From NCBI GenBank assembly GCA_046331685.1, contig JAXLQI010000003.1:102960-166959 (forward strand): a DNA stretch of 64,000 nucleotides, read 5' to 3'. The notes beneath the pieces were generated by a model. It was not told the origin of the DNA. It ran no database searches and was given only the letters and a program-made list of their open reading frames with translations. How positions within the stretch are numbered: the first letter of the stretch is position 1; each line of letters starts with the position of its first letter. Position numbers and translations under genes: made by a program. The stretch is from Candidatus Micrarchaeia archaeon. GTDB taxonomy: Archaea; Micrarchaeota; Micrarchaeia; Anstonellales; Bilamarchaeaceae. Positions 46,229 through 56,093 of the stretch are shown piece by piece.

Positions 46229-47620
46229 CTAATCGTCGAGGAAGTGCTTCTCGTATATGGCCTTCGCCGCTTTCTCGGCATCCCCGTTCCTCAGGAAGAG
46301 GATGAAGCTGATGCCCTGGTGCGAGTGGTACGGCACGTTCACTCCGGCCTCGTCCAGGGATCTGAATATCCTCCATCCCAGGCCGGGGGTGCGGCTGACC
46401 TCCTCACCCACTATGGCCAGAGCGCTTATCTCATGCACTTTCAGCTGGTGGGGGCCGATGGCCTCGCGGATCGCCGCCGCGACATCCCCGGTCCTGCGCC
46501 CGGCGAGGTTCCGTTTCCTTATTATGACCGAGATGTCATTCACCGAGGACGGCGCATGCTCGATGGATATGCCGAGCTTGCGGAACAGCTGGATGACACC
46601 CTCGAAGAACCCCACGGCGTTGGCCTCCCCGTATTTCACTATCTCGAACGCAGCGAATTCCCCCCGGTGCACGATCCCGGTGATCTCCCTCTCGCTCCGC
46701 CCGATCTGGGGGAGGATGTATGTCCCCCCTGCCTCGGGGTCGAACGTGTCGAGCACCTGGGTGATCACCCCGTGGATCGCGAGCGGGACAGCGGCTTCGT
46801 ATTGGAAGACGCCGAACGACCCGCCCAGCGTCAGCTCGGTGAGCTCCCGGTGCGTCATGCTCCGTATCACCGGCGCGTCCGGGTCTATCGCCGGTTCCAC
46901 AGCCCTGATCCCGGCGCTGTCGGTGAAGTTCTGGTAGAGCCCTGCCCCGAGGGCCGCAGCGAGCACGGATCCTGTGTAATCGCTCCCGCCCCGCGGGAAT
47001 GTCCGCACCTTGCCGGAATCGTCATATCCGTAGAACCCCGGGAAGACGACCCTCTCGCCGTCGTCCATGGCTCTCTGGACCGCTGACGCTATCGCCTGGT
47101 ACCTCCCTTCATCGATGGCGCAGGCCCCGTCCCTGAGGCTCACCCTGAACCCGGCATCCAACGGGTCGAGATACCTCGCCCTTATGTGGAGCATGTTGAG
47201 GTATGCGCTGAACAGCCTGGCGTTCAGCTCCTCTCCGAGGGCCGCGAGCGGGGCATCGTCATCCCCGAGCATCCCTGCCCTCGTGATCACGGCCTGCCGG
47301 ATCGTCTGGCTCACCCTTCCCTCTGCGAGGCGGATCCTCCCCTCTATGTCGGAATACCTCTTCTCGAGCAGCGAGATCCCTTCTTCGAGGGGCTCGTTCT
47401 TCCTGGCTTTTTTGGCGATCGACAGGAGGAGGTCGGTGACTTTCGGGCTGTCGCGGGGGAGCGCCTTCTCAGGATCGTTCCGGTCGGTTATCTTCCCCGG
47501 AGCAGATACCACGATCACCCTCATATCATCATTCCGGGCTATCCTCTCCGCGGCCGCGGCGAAGCTTGTCCCGCTGGCCATGGAAGTGCCGCCGAATTTC
47601 GCTACAATCAAGCTTGACAT
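46229..47620 (-). CDS. lysC: Aspartate kinase
   Basis: N-terminal IVAKFGGTSMA amino-acid-kinase motif plus C-terminal ACT domains. 463 aa. Confidence 0.9.
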   Translation of the reverse strand: MSSLIVAKFGGTSMASGTSFAAAAERIARNDDMRVIVVSAPGKITDRNDPEKALPRDSPKVTDLLLSIAKKARKNEPLEEGISLLEKRYSDIEGRIRLAEGRVSQTIRQAVITRAGMLGDDDAPLAALGEELNARLFSAYLNMLHIRARYLDPLDAGFRVSLRDGACAIDEGRYQAIASAVQRAMDDGERVVFPGFYGYDDSGKVRTFPRGGSDYTGSVLAAALGAGLYQNFTDSAGIRAVEPAIDPDAPVIRSMTHRELTELTLGGSFGVFQYEAAVPLAIHGVITQVLDTFDPEAGGTYILPQIGRSEREITGIVHRGEFAAFEIVKYGEANAVGFFEGVIQLFRKLGISIEHAPSSVNDISVIIRKRNLAGRRTGDVAAAIREAIGPHQLKVHEISALAIVGEEVSRTPGLGWRIFRSLDEAGVNVPYHSHQGISFILFLRNGDAEKAAKAIYEKHFLDD

Positions 47621-47758
47621 TAATTCACCTGTGGATCCCTGAAGTGATTCGTTATTCGTATATATTTTACGAAATCAATAAAAATATGTGCATATTACTA
47701 CGGATTTCGTAATCCCAGGGCCATGGTACGGGGCGGGCGGATGAATGAGAAAAAAAGC

Positions 47759-49324
47759 TCAGTCAACCTGGCCGAGGAGCATCTTGCGCATCTCGATCGG
47801 CTCGAGGTCCTTGAGCGCGTTCAGGGCGAAGTCGAGGTTGGCCTCGCTGTGCGCGTGGATGGTGAACATCTTGTCGCCTTTCTCCACGCGGTCCCCCCTG
47901 AGGCGATGGAGGAGCACTCCGGCCCCCTTGTCGCGCGGCGCCCCTGCGATCCTCGCGATCTTCGAGATCATCTTGTTGTCGATGTGGAATATGCTCCCGG
48001 TGACATCCGAAGTCACGGTATGGGTGTACTGGCCGATCGGTATATCCGAGTTCCTCACCTTGGCATCGCCGCCCTGGAGCTCGATTATCTCCCTGAACTT
48101 GGCCATCGCCTTCCCGTTGTTGATCAGCGTCTCCGCGACGGAGTACCCCTTGCCCTTATCCACCTTGCCGCTGAGCTCGAGGAGCTTTCCGGCCATGATG
48201 AGGCTCTTGTGGCGCAGGTCGTCCGGACCGTTCCCGCTGAGGACCTCGAGGACATCCAGGCATTCCAGCCCTGGCCCGACGCCGTTCCCCACAGGCTCGG
48301 CGCCGTCGGTTATGATCGCCTCTATCTTCATGTCGAGCCTTTCCCCCACACGGAGGAAATGCTTGGCGAGCTCATTGCCGCGTTCTACGTACGGGACCTT
48401 CACCCCGCGGCCCACCGGGATATCTATTAGGACGTACTCGGCCCCGACGCTCTTCTTCTTCCCGAGGATGCTCGCGAGCAGCATCCCCTCCGGGTCGAGG
48501 CTCAGGGGGTGCCTGATTCGGATGAGCTTGTCATCGACCGGAGCGAGCTTCATCCCCCCGCCCCAGACTATGGCGCCCTTCGCCTTCAGGACGATCGAGC
48601 GCATCTCATCCATGTTGAAGATCACATTCGACAGCACTTCCATGGTGTCGGCTGTCCCGGCGGCCGAAGTTATCGAACGTGATGAGGTCTTCGGGATGTA
48701 AAGCCCGGCAGCCGCTATGATCGGCACAAGTATCATCGTGGTCCGGTTCCCGGCCACGCCTCCGATGCAGTGCTTGTCAAGGATCGGTCTCTTCCCCAGG
48801 TTCAGCTGGTCGCCTGATTCGACGGTCGCCTGGGCGAGCGAGATGACCTCGTCGTCCGAGAATCCGTTTATGTAGGCCGCGGTGATCCACGCAGATGTCT
48901 CGATCTCGCTCAGCTTGTCGTCCATTATCTCCCGCACGATGGTCTTTATCTCGCTGTCGTTGAGGGCCCCTTTGTCGAGCTTCTTCTTGATGAATCCGAT
49001 GGATTCCGGCCGGTCCATGTGGACGATCTCCATGCTGTCCCCCCTCTTCAGCTTGTGGATCTGGGCGAGGTCGCGGAAGACGCCGACCTCTCCGGCTTTC
49101 ACCAGCTCATCGCTGACATCCACTATCACCGTATGCGGTCCCATCCCGTGATGGCGGACCTCGGTGCGGTAGCCGGAGTAGATGTCGTGCTCCTGGGCCT
49201 CGGTCTTGTTGAGCACTATTATGTTCCTTCCTGTGAAGATGTCGATCACCTTCACCTTGCATTCGTACTTCTTGACCTTCCAGACATCCACTCGTTTCGT
49301 AGTTTTCTCGACGTATTCCACCAT
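47759..49324 (-). CDS. AMP phosphorylase (thymidine phosphorylase family, archaeal type)
   Basis: Pyrimidine-nucleoside phosphorylase fold with the archaeal N-terminal extension. 521 aa. It is adjacent to ribose-1,5-bisphosphate isomerase. Confidence 0.8.
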   Translation of the reverse strand: MVEYVEKTTKRVDVWKVKKYECKVKVIDIFTGRNIIVLNKTEAQEHDIYSGYRTEVRHHGMGPHTVIVDVSDELVKAGEVGVFRDLAQIHKLKRGDSMEIVHMDRPESIGFIKKKLDKGALNDSEIKTIVREIMDDKLSEIETSAWITAAYINGFSDDEVISLAQATVESGDQLNLGKRPILDKHCIGGVAGNRTTMILVPIIAAAGLYIPKTSSRSITSAAGTADTMEVLSNVIFNMDEMRSIVLKAKGAIVWGGGMKLAPVDDKLIRIRHPLSLDPEGMLLASILGKKKSVGAEYVLIDIPVGRGVKVPYVERGNELAKHFLRVGERLDMKIEAIITDGAEPVGNGVGPGLECLDVLEVLSGNGPDDLRHKSLIMAGKLLELSGKVDKGKGYSVAETLINNGKAMAKFREIIELQGGDAKVRNSDIPIGQYTHTVTSDVTGSIFHIDNKMISKIARIAGAPRDKGAGVLLHRLRGDRVEKGDKMFTIHAHSEANLDFALNALKDLEPIEMRKMLLGQVD

Positions 49325-49340
49325 AACATAACCTCTAGGA

Positions 49341-50270
49341 TCATTCGTACAGCCTGATTCCGAGCTTCTGGCTCGCCATGGAGAAGAAAGACTGCGGGGG
49401 GATCACTCCGGCTTCGGTGACATACCCGCTTATGTATTTCGCGGCGGTGGCCTCGAACGCCGGATTAGCTATCCTCACCCCCTTGGGGGGGTGGTCCCAA
49501 ACCTCCCGTGGGTCCCTCTCCTCGATCTTCTCCCTTGTGCCGAATATCGTCATGGGGCTGTACTTGAACAGTTCGGCAGCCGAATAGAACGAGACATCGT
49601 TCATCCTCGCTATGTGCGCGAGCGCGGATGTGCCTATCTTGTTTATCAGGTCCCCCCTGGATGTGACGGAATCGGCCCCGACCAGCACTATGTCGGCTTT
49701 CTTCATGAACAGGTTCATGGCGCCGTCCACCGCGCAGGTCACGTCGATGCCGGCTCTGGCGAGCTCTGAGGCGGTCTTCCTACCCTGGTACCTCGGCCTG
49801 GTCTCGAACGACACCACCTTGAAACGTTTCCTCATCTTCTTCGCCGCGATCATGCACATCGTCGAAGTCGAGGAATGGCAGATCGTGAGCACCAGCGCAT
49901 CGTCCGGTATAAGCCTGGCCCCGTATTCGGCCAGCTTCTTCGCCCCCTCGTCTATCGAGCCGAGGACCTCCTTCTCATGGGAGACGACCGCCCTCTTCAG
50001 CCCGGCCACAGAAGCAGGTTCCTTCGAGAGCTCGGCAAGGAAGCGGACGCTCTCGTCAAGGGTGTTCCTCATCATGGGCTCTGTCGGCCTGCTCGCGGCC
50101 AGCGCTTCGGCCGTCTCTGATATCTCCTTGTAGAGCGCATCCGCGGTCCGAGCTTTGGAGTCCTTCGCCGCGGCGGAGATGGCCTTCAGCGCCTCTTTCG
50201 CGACATTCCGGGCGCCCTGGATCTTCAACGATCTGATATCGGTTATCGTCTTCCTGACCGCCTTATGCAT
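49341..50270 (-). CDS. Ribose-1,5-bisphosphate isomerase (eIF-2B alpha/beta/delta-like, e2b2 family)
   Basis: eIF2B/MtnA-family sequence (VLVGADSVTSRGDLINKIGT). It is paired with the AMP phosphorylase. Confidence 0.75.
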   Translation of the reverse strand: MHKAVRKTITDIRSLKIQGARNVAKEALKAISAAAKDSKARTADALYKEISETAEALAASRPTEPMMRNTLDESVRFLAELSKEPASVAGLKRAVVSHEKEVLGSIDEGAKKLAEYGARLIPDDALVLTICHSSTSTMCMIAAKKMRKRFKVVSFETRPRYQGRKTASELARAGIDVTCAVDGAMNLFMKKADIVLVGADSVTSRGDLINKIGTSALAHIARMNDVSFYSAAELFKYSPMTIFGTREKIEERDPREVWDHPPKGVRIANPAFEATAAKYISGYVTEAGVIPPQSFFSMASQKLGIRLYE

Positions 50271-50367
50271 GGTTAGCTAACGGGCGGTAGGAATAAATAT
50301 ATTCCGCAGATTCGACGGGAGAACTAGATGACGATGGAAAATGAAAATAAAAGATAAAAAGGAGATA

Positions 50368-50682
50368 TCAGCCGAAGAGGCTCGCAAGACCTTCAGCGGC
50401 CTGCTCCTCTTTCTTGCCTTCGTCTTCCTTCTTCTCCTCTTTCTTCGACTCATGCGCGGCCGCGGGTGCGGCAGCGGCCGGAGCGGCAGCGACCATCATG
50501 GACTGCTTGAGGAGGTCCTCGAAGTTGACGCCCTTGACCGCCTCTGAGAGGACCTTGGCCCGGGCTTCATCGACTTCAGCGCCGCTCGCCTTTATGACGG
50601 CGACGATGTGCTCCTTAGTAACTTCCTTTCCAGCTCCGTGCAGGAGAAGCACGGCATGCAAATATGGATCTACCTTCGTCAT
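50368..50682 (-). CDS. rpl12: 50S ribosomal protein L12/P1 (stalk)
   Basis: Ala/Pro hinge plus an acidic KKEEKKEDEGKKEEQAAEGLASLFG tail. 104 aa. Confidence 0.85.
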   Translation of the reverse strand: MTKVDPYLHAVLLLHGAGKEVTKEHIVAVIKASGAEVDEARAKVLSEAVKGVNFEDLLKQSMMVAAAPAAAAPAAAHESKKEEKKEDEGKKEEQAAEGLASLFG

Positions 50683-50699
50683 ATCTTCACCTCGATTTT

Positions 50700-51560
50700 C
50701 TAACCAAGCTTTCCAAGAGCCGAACCCTGCCGCAAGGCAGAGACGAGAAGCTGCTCCATGGAGCTTGATGAATATAAGCTGCCGTTCAGCGATATGTTCA
50801 CGGCCTGTTTGAAAGCATCGCCGAGCAGGAAGTTTATGTTCTGCTGCGTCGGATAGCCCGCGTTGATCGAGAAGTTCATGGCCTCTCTGAGCCCTGAGGC
50901 GAGGTCGGTCCCGATGCTGTCGCCGACGTCGAGCATCTCTTTTGTGAAGATGTACTCGCCGTCGAAACCGAAGATCATGCTCGCCATTATCTCGAAAGGC
51001 ATGACATTGAGCGTCTGGAGGGCCTTGACCTTCGCGACCACCAGCTTCTCGCCGGATTTCGCGATAACGCTCTCCTTCGCCACGACAATCTTGCCGGCCT
51101 TGATCTGGGCGTTCACCCCTCCGGCCTTGAGTTCCGAGAGCGCAGGGCCTGGCGCGAGGTCTGTCTCGCCTTCATGGACGACTATGTCGGCTATCGCGAC
51201 GTCTCCGACCTTGGCGGCCCTCCTCTTCCGGTTCTCCTTGAAGAACCTGTTGATCTCGAAGGCCGATTGGTTGGTGTATATGAGCGCAACAGGCTTGTCG
51301 CATTCGCCGACTTTGGCCGCGAGCTTCGGGTTCGCTGCGAGCACGCGGCTCACCACAGGCTTCTTGAGTACGAGCACCTGGCCCCCTTCCTTCCTGATCC
51401 TGGCACGGAGCGACTGGAACAGCGCGTCAGGGAGCTTGCGCAGGTCGAGCAGCGCGACCGTCTTGTATTTCTTCATGTCGGCGATCGCGTGCTTTACCGC
51501 CTCTACCTTCTTCTTTACCTCTTTCTTGTTAGTGTCAGTTTTGTACGCCATATCAGCCAC
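50700..51560 (-). CDS. rpl10: 50S ribosomal protein L10 / acidic P0
   Basis: P0-like N-terminal domain, with a stalk tail GSALGKLG resembling L12. 286 aa. Confidence 0.85.
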   Translation of the reverse strand: MADMAYKTDTNKKEVKKKVEAVKHAIADMKKYKTVALLDLRKLPDALFQSLRARIRKEGGQVLVLKKPVVSRVLAANPKLAAKVGECDKPVALIYTNQSAFEINRFFKENRKRRAAKVGDVAIADIVVHEGETDLAPGPALSELKAGGVNAQIKAGKIVVAKESVIAKSGEKLVVAKVKALQTLNVMPFEIMASMIFGFDGEYIFTKEMLDVGDSIGTDLASGLREAMNFSINAGYPTQQNINFLLGDAFKQAVNISLNGSLYSSSSMEQLLVSALRQGSALGKLG

Positions 51561-51562
51561 CT

Positions 51563-52192
51563 TCAGATCTTCGCAGGCCTGCCCATCGTCAGTTTGACAT
51601 AGACGGACTTGATGTTGCCCTCGTTCACCCTGTTCTTGACCGTTTCGTAGACGGCCTCGGCATTCTCGACAAGCTCGTCGGTGCTCATAGCCTCGGTTCC
51701 GATTAGAGCCTGGGCGACCGGCATGTACTTGCCTTTAGATACGATCCTGATGCTGTTCTTGGATCTCTCGATGAGCTCCTTGATGTTGCCGACTATGGGC
51801 TTGGGCAGCTTGCCTTTCTTGCCCAGCGCCTGGCCGAGGGATTTTGCGACCGCGCCCATCAGGTTAGGCTGGGCGAGCAGGAAATAATTGTCGGAAAGGT
51901 CCTTCAGCTTCGCCGGATCGGCGTATGAAGGGATGGTGTCCGGCATGATCACGAGGTCCGCCCCGGCCCTCCTTGCCTCGTCGGCCATGTTGCCTTCGGC
52001 GAAAACCGCCGATTTGAGCTCTTTTCCGCCCTTGCCTTTCGGGAGGACTATGTCGAGGTTGAGCCTGTTCTCGGATTTCGCGAAGTCGATGCCTCTCATG
52101 TTGATGATAAGCTCGACGCTCTGCTTGAACTTCTTCTTGCCCTTCTCTTCCATGGCCTTCTGTATTGCAGCTACGAGTTTGGATTTTTCCAT
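51563..52192 (-). CDS. rpl1: 50S ribosomal protein L1
   Basis: Typical uL1 sequence. 209 aa. L1-L10-L12 order. Confidence 0.9.
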   Translation of the reverse strand: MEKSKLVAAIQKAMEEKGKKKFKQSVELIINMRGIDFAKSENRLNLDIVLPKGKGGKELKSAVFAEGNMADEARRAGADLVIMPDTIPSYADPAKLKDLSDNYFLLAQPNLMGAVAKSLGQALGKKGKLPKPIVGNIKELIERSKNSIRIVSKGKYMPVAQALIGTEAMSTDELVENAEAVYETVKNRVNEGNIKSVYVKLTMGRPAKI

Positions 52193-52553
52193 AAAAAGCC
52201 CTCCTACTTCCCTGAGTAGTCTTATCGGGTGTAATGATAGTTATGAGATGAATTTAAAAAACTATTACATGCCAGGAATGCGATTATCCGGGCCCGCCTG
52301 CCACGGTGAGCGCCGAAGAATATGAGAGATTGGTGCGGAAAAGATAGAAATCGGGGGATGATTATAGAAATAAAAGAACTAGGGAATCATCTCTTCGGCG
52401 GTTCTGCCTTAGGGCCGCCGTGGATATCCCAGACCGGGAGCGTGATCTCCCCGCAGGCGATCTCCTTGACGCGTGGGGGTCCGATCCTCGTCTCAGGCGT
52501 CGGTTTCGGTGCCTGGACCGGGGGTTCTGGTCCCCTTAATCCTGGCTTGGACA

Positions 52554-52667
52554 TCACAGCTCACCGACTCTCCGCTTCATCTTCCTCTTGAGCCTCTTGC
52601 GCTTCTTCTTTACCCACTTCCAGCGCATGCGGTTCTTCTTTTTCCATTTTCGCGGTTTCGCACCCAT
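52554..52667 (-). CDS. rpl41e: 50S ribosomal protein L41e (37 aa; not in the ORF track)
   Basis: Translation MGAKPRKWKKKNRMRWKWVKKKRKRLKRKMKRRVGEL, matching the archaeal eL41 pattern PRKWKKK.RMRWKW.KK..RLKR. Confidence 0.55.
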   Translation of the reverse strand: MGAKPRKWKKKNRMRWKWVKKKRKRLKRKMKRRVGEL

Positions 52668-52719
52668 GAGTTCACCTAACTAATGATTCGCTATAATTCG
52701 TGTTCTAGATAATTATCAG

Positions 52720-53205
52720 TTACGTTTTTATATCTAGCTTAAGCCTGACCTGGTCGTAGATGCGCCTGATGTTCCTCCAGTGGCTCCCCTCCCAGAATAT
52801 CTTGCCGCAGCTCCGGCAGCGCCAGAATTTTTCGTGATGCTCGGCGATGTTTTCCGGAAGCTTGCCCTCTATCGCGTCGCGGCCTACGACCTCCAGTTCA
52901 CCGTTGCAGCTCGCGCATCTCGTCTTCTCGGGGAAGCTTATCTCTTTCTCCGCCCCGCTCTCCTTCAGGAGCCAGCTGATCTGCTCGGCGATATCATCGC
53001 TTTTTATGAATATGCAGCGGACCCCTTTGCCCTCGCACCGCAGCGAGAGGGGCAGGTCTCTCGTCACGAACACCATCCCGTTCTTCTTGGCATGGTCCAG
53101 CAGGGCGGTGTCGCTCTGGCCGGTCATGAACTCGCTGTCGAGGCCGAGTATCCTGCACCAGGAGGCGAGGCGTTTCAGCATCTCGTCGAATAGGAATCTC
53201 GTCAT
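52720..53205 (-). CDS. Mut7-C RNase-domain protein (DUF82: PIN-like N-terminus plus C-terminal zinc ribbon)
   Basis: N-terminal RFLFDEMLKRLASWCRILGLD. C-terminal CASCNGEL...FWRCRSCGKIFWEGSHW. Confidence 0.7.
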   Translation of the reverse strand: MTRFLFDEMLKRLASWCRILGLDSEFMTGQSDTALLDHAKKNGMVFVTRDLPLSLRCEGKGVRCIFIKSDDIAEQISWLLKESGAEKEISFPEKTRCASCNGELEVVGRDAIEGKLPENIAEHHEKFWRCRSCGKIFWEGSHWRNIRRIYDQVRLKLDIKT

Positions 53206-53247
53206 CAGGATAAGAGAAGTAAGAGAAAAGTAAAAAGCTATCGAAAA

Positions 53248-53553
53248 TTAACTAAGGTTGATCTTCACGAAGACGTTGGTCGGGACCTTGATCCTGAGAA
53301 TCTGCTTGATGTTCTTCTCGTCGCCCTCGACGTCGCAGAGCCTCTTGTGCACCCGCTTCTCCCAGTGCTCGTAGGTGTCGGTTCCGTCGCCGCACGGCGT
53401 GCGCCTGCAGGATATCTCGAGCTTCCGCCTTGGAAGCCTGACCGGGCCGATGAAGTCCATCCCGATCCCTTCGGCCAGCACCTTGATCTGCTGGACCACG
53501 TTGTCGAGGGCCGCAGGGTCCTCGCCGCTGAGCTTGATTCTGACTTTTGTCAT
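53248..53553 (-). CDS. rps10: 30S ribosomal protein S10 (uS10)
   Basis: VRIKLSG.DP..LD...GPVRLPRRKL.....TP.G......WEKRVHKRLCDV aligns with the archaeal uS10 consensus. 101 aa. Confidence 0.7.
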   Translation of the reverse strand: MTKVRIKLSGEDPAALDNVVQQIKVLAEGIGMDFIGPVRLPRRKLEISCRRTPCGDGTDTYEHWEKRVHKRLCDVEGDEKNIKQILRIKVPTNVFVKINLS

Positions 53554-53665
53554 GTTTTACCTCTGATTAGTCTAAATCTAGACAAAATTTGCAGGTCTAA
53601 TAGTGTAAACAAACATATTTAAATTTGCTGAAATTCTGCTAATCAATCGGCACTGGAGGCATTCG

Positions 53666-54583
53666 ATGCATTTTCTCACGCTCAAGGATTTCGATGGTGA
53701 ATGGATCGAGTCGGTCATCTCTCTCGCCATCGCGATCAAGAAAAACCCGGCCAGATACCGCTCGGCGCTCGGGCAGAAGACGCTCGCCATGCTTTTCCAG
53801 AAGACCTCCACGCGCACCCGCGTATCGTTCGAGACCGGGATGACACGGTTGGGGGGCCATGCGATCTACATGGACTGGCGGAGCACGCAGTTCGTTCTGG
53901 CTGAGCTGCAGGACGAAGCGAAAGCCGTGTCGCGCTACGTCGATGCGATCATGGTCCGTCCGCTGAGGCATGAGACCCTGCTCGAGATGGCCAAAGGCAG
54001 CGAAGTCCCGATCATCAACGGCCTGTCAGAGAAATACCACCCATGCCAGGCTCTCGCCGACGTGATGACGGTCAAGGAGAGATTCGGGGCGCTCGAGGGC
54101 AAGAAGGTCGTTTACCTCGGGATAGCGAACAATGTCAGCAATTCGCTCTCGCTCGCCTGCGCCAAGTGCGGTGCTGATTTCGTCCTGTGCACTCCAGAAC
54201 GGGACTCCGACAGCCTGGACACCGAGCTTCTGCTCCAGGCGAAGACTACCGGCCACTATTCACAGACCACGGATGTATCTGCCGTGAGGGGAGCCGATAT
54301 CCTCTATACCGATACCTGGGTGAACATGGAATATTTCTCCGACCCCAAGTTCGCGAAGGAGAAGGCGCGGCGCGAGAAGCTGCTCAAACCATACCAGCTC
54401 AACAGGAGACTCCTCGAGAGAGCCGGCCCGCAGGCCTGTTCCATGCACGACATGCCCGCGCACATCGGCTATGAGGTAGACGAATACTGCCTGCGCGGCC
54501 CCCGTTCGCTCGCCTTCGTCCAGGCCGAGAACCGGATGTGGGCGCAGATGGCGCTCCTGCTCAGGCTCCTCGGCGCCGAGTGA
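53666..54583 (+). CDS. argF: Ornithine carbamoyltransferase (aspartate/ornithine carbamoyltransferase family)
   Basis: STRTRVSFE carbamoyl-phosphate motif, HPCQALAD and an OTC-like N-terminus. 305 aa. Linked to carAB. Confidence 0.7.
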   Translation: MHFLTLKDFDGEWIESVISLAIAIKKNPARYRSALGQKTLAMLFQKTSTRTRVSFETGMTRLGGHAIYMDWRSTQFVLAELQDEAKAVSRYVDAIMVRPLRHETLLEMAKGSEVPIINGLSEKYHPCQALADVMTVKERFGALEGKKVVYLGIANNVSNSLSLACAKCGADFVLCTPERDSDSLDTELLLQAKTTGHYSQTTDVSAVRGADILYTDTWVNMEYFSDPKFAKEKARREKLLKPYQLNRRLLERAGPQACSMHDMPAHIGYEVDEYCLRGPRSLAFVQAENRMWAQMALLLRLLGAE

Positions 54584-54625
54584 ATCTATTAATCCTTTTC
54601 TTCCGATATACCCCCGGGTGGTAGA

Positions 54626-55510
54626 TTGTTCGTAACTGTTTTGTCCGACAAACCCGAGCTGCGCGAGAGGTTCTGCAAGGCGGTCGGAGCCGAATCCGGG
54701 AAGAACGAGCTGGGCTTCTATTCTGCAGAGCACGAAGGGAAGAAGATGACGCTGATAGACCCGGTCCATTATCCCGAGAAGATACAGCCTCTGCTCTATT
54801 CCCTCTCCATGGCGGATTACGTCGTCGTCCTCGCTGACGGCGTCACCCCGAAGCTCGGGGAGATCATCGTGGCGGTCAATTGCCTGAAGCTCGACAAGGG
54901 GATAATCGTCTCCTCCTCGCCCCTCCCGCTCGCCGGGACCACGCTGGAGCGGTTCGAGAGATGCGCCGATATAGATTCGGCACGGATCAAGCTCCTCTCC
55001 CTCAGCAAACCCGAATACGGGGAAAACCCGATCGCGTTCGTCGACCGGATGGAACCGGTCAAATCTCTCGGGAATGTCGCCTACGGCATATTGAAGGGCG
55101 GGACCCTGAAGGTCCATGACAAGCTCTTCCTCCTCCCTGAGAAGAAAGACCTGGAGGTGCGGAGCCTCCATGTCGCCGGAGCTGAGGTCCAGGAGGTATC
55201 GGCAGGGCAGATGTTCTCCATGGCCTACAAGGGCGAGGCTTTCGAGCGCGGGGTCGTCGTGCCTCTCCACAACGAATTCGAGGTCGGCAACATCATCAAC
55301 GGCAGGTTCTCCCGCTCACCTTTCTTCAAGGACGAGCTGAAGGGCAAGATCCATGCGTACTCTAATCTGCAGTTCATCGAAGGGCACATGAGCGAAAACG
55401 ACCTCACATTGAGCCAGCCGATTGCCTACGAGAAAGGCGACCTGATGCTGGTGGTGGATGCGAGCAACCAGAAGCTTCGGATAGTCGGCCCGTTCCAGAG
55501 CAAATGGTGA
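54626..55510 (+). CDS. Degenerate translational-GTPase (EF-1alpha/EF-Tu-like) paralog lacking a P-loop
   Basis: Residual G3/G4-like motifs LIDPVHY (DxPGH) and NCLKLD (NKxD) with no GHVDHGKS. A domain II-like beta-barrel segment KVHDKLFLLPEKKDLEVRSLHVAGAEV. Confidence 0.45.
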   Translation: MFVTVLSDKPELRERFCKAVGAESGKNELGFYSAEHEGKKMTLIDPVHYPEKIQPLLYSLSMADYVVVLADGVTPKLGEIIVAVNCLKLDKGIIVSSSPLPLAGTTLERFERCADIDSARIKLLSLSKPEYGENPIAFVDRMEPVKSLGNVAYGILKGGTLKVHDKLFLLPEKKDLEVRSLHVAGAEVQEVSAGQMFSMAYKGEAFERGVVVPLHNEFEVGNIINGRFSRSPFFKDELKGKIHAYSNLQFIEGHMSENDLTLSQPIAYEKGDLMLVVDASNQKLRIVGPFQSKW

Positions 55511-55511
55511 A

Positions 55512-56030
55512 TCAGCTATCGAGCCCGGCGATCCCGGTCACGGTGTTCCAGTTCCTGGTAGTGACGACCTTGCCGAACTCCTTATCCAGCATCCCCATGA
55601 TGTCAACGGTCTTCGCCGCAGGGGACAATACGGAATAAATCTCGCTGCCTGCTGCCCGCATGCTGTACGTGCCGTCGCCGCGTTCCTTTGTCTTCGGCCT
55701 AGCGCCATCAGGAAGGAAAGTGACATACAAACGCGTCCCGGGCTCGTCCTTGACGCCTTTGAACGGCTCGCCCGCCACCATCTCCTTCAAACTATCCATC
55801 GCCCGCAGGATGACCCGCGTCTCGCTCCCGATCAGCTTGTGGAGCCCGCTTTCGATTTTTTTTGTGTTGGCTTTTTCGGAACCGGAAGCATCGAAGATCA
55901 CGTTGCCGCTCGCCTTGAACGTGGAGACGTCATTGTACCCGAGAGATTCGAACATCTTGCGCAGGGCATCCATCTTCACCGTCTTCCCGCCCACATTGAT
56001 CCCGCGTACGAAGGCTACGTAGGTTGTCAT
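55512..56030 (-). CDS. DUF1697 family protein
   Basis: N-terminal VAFVRGINVGGKTVKM and overall DUF1697 pattern. 172 aa. Confidence 0.7.
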   Translation of the reverse strand: MTTYVAFVRGINVGGKTVKMDALRKMFESLGYNDVSTFKASGNVIFDASGSEKANTKKIESGLHKLIGSETRVILRAMDSLKEMVAGEPFKGVKDEPGTRLYVTFLPDGARPKTKERGDGTYSMRAAGSEIYSVLSPAAKTVDIMGMLDKEFGKVVTTRNWNTVTGIAGLDS

Positions 56031-56093
56031 ACCGGCAAATCGGTTCGCGAACTATTATAAATTCCCCCGTGCCTTATAGGTTTCTGATTCTTC

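Noticed and set aside
52322-52591. 89-aa plus-strand ORF in the eL41-L1 intergenic region
   Set aside because: Its Gly/Pro/Ser-rich translation is implausible. It lies antisense to the eL41 gene and the coupled small ORF.
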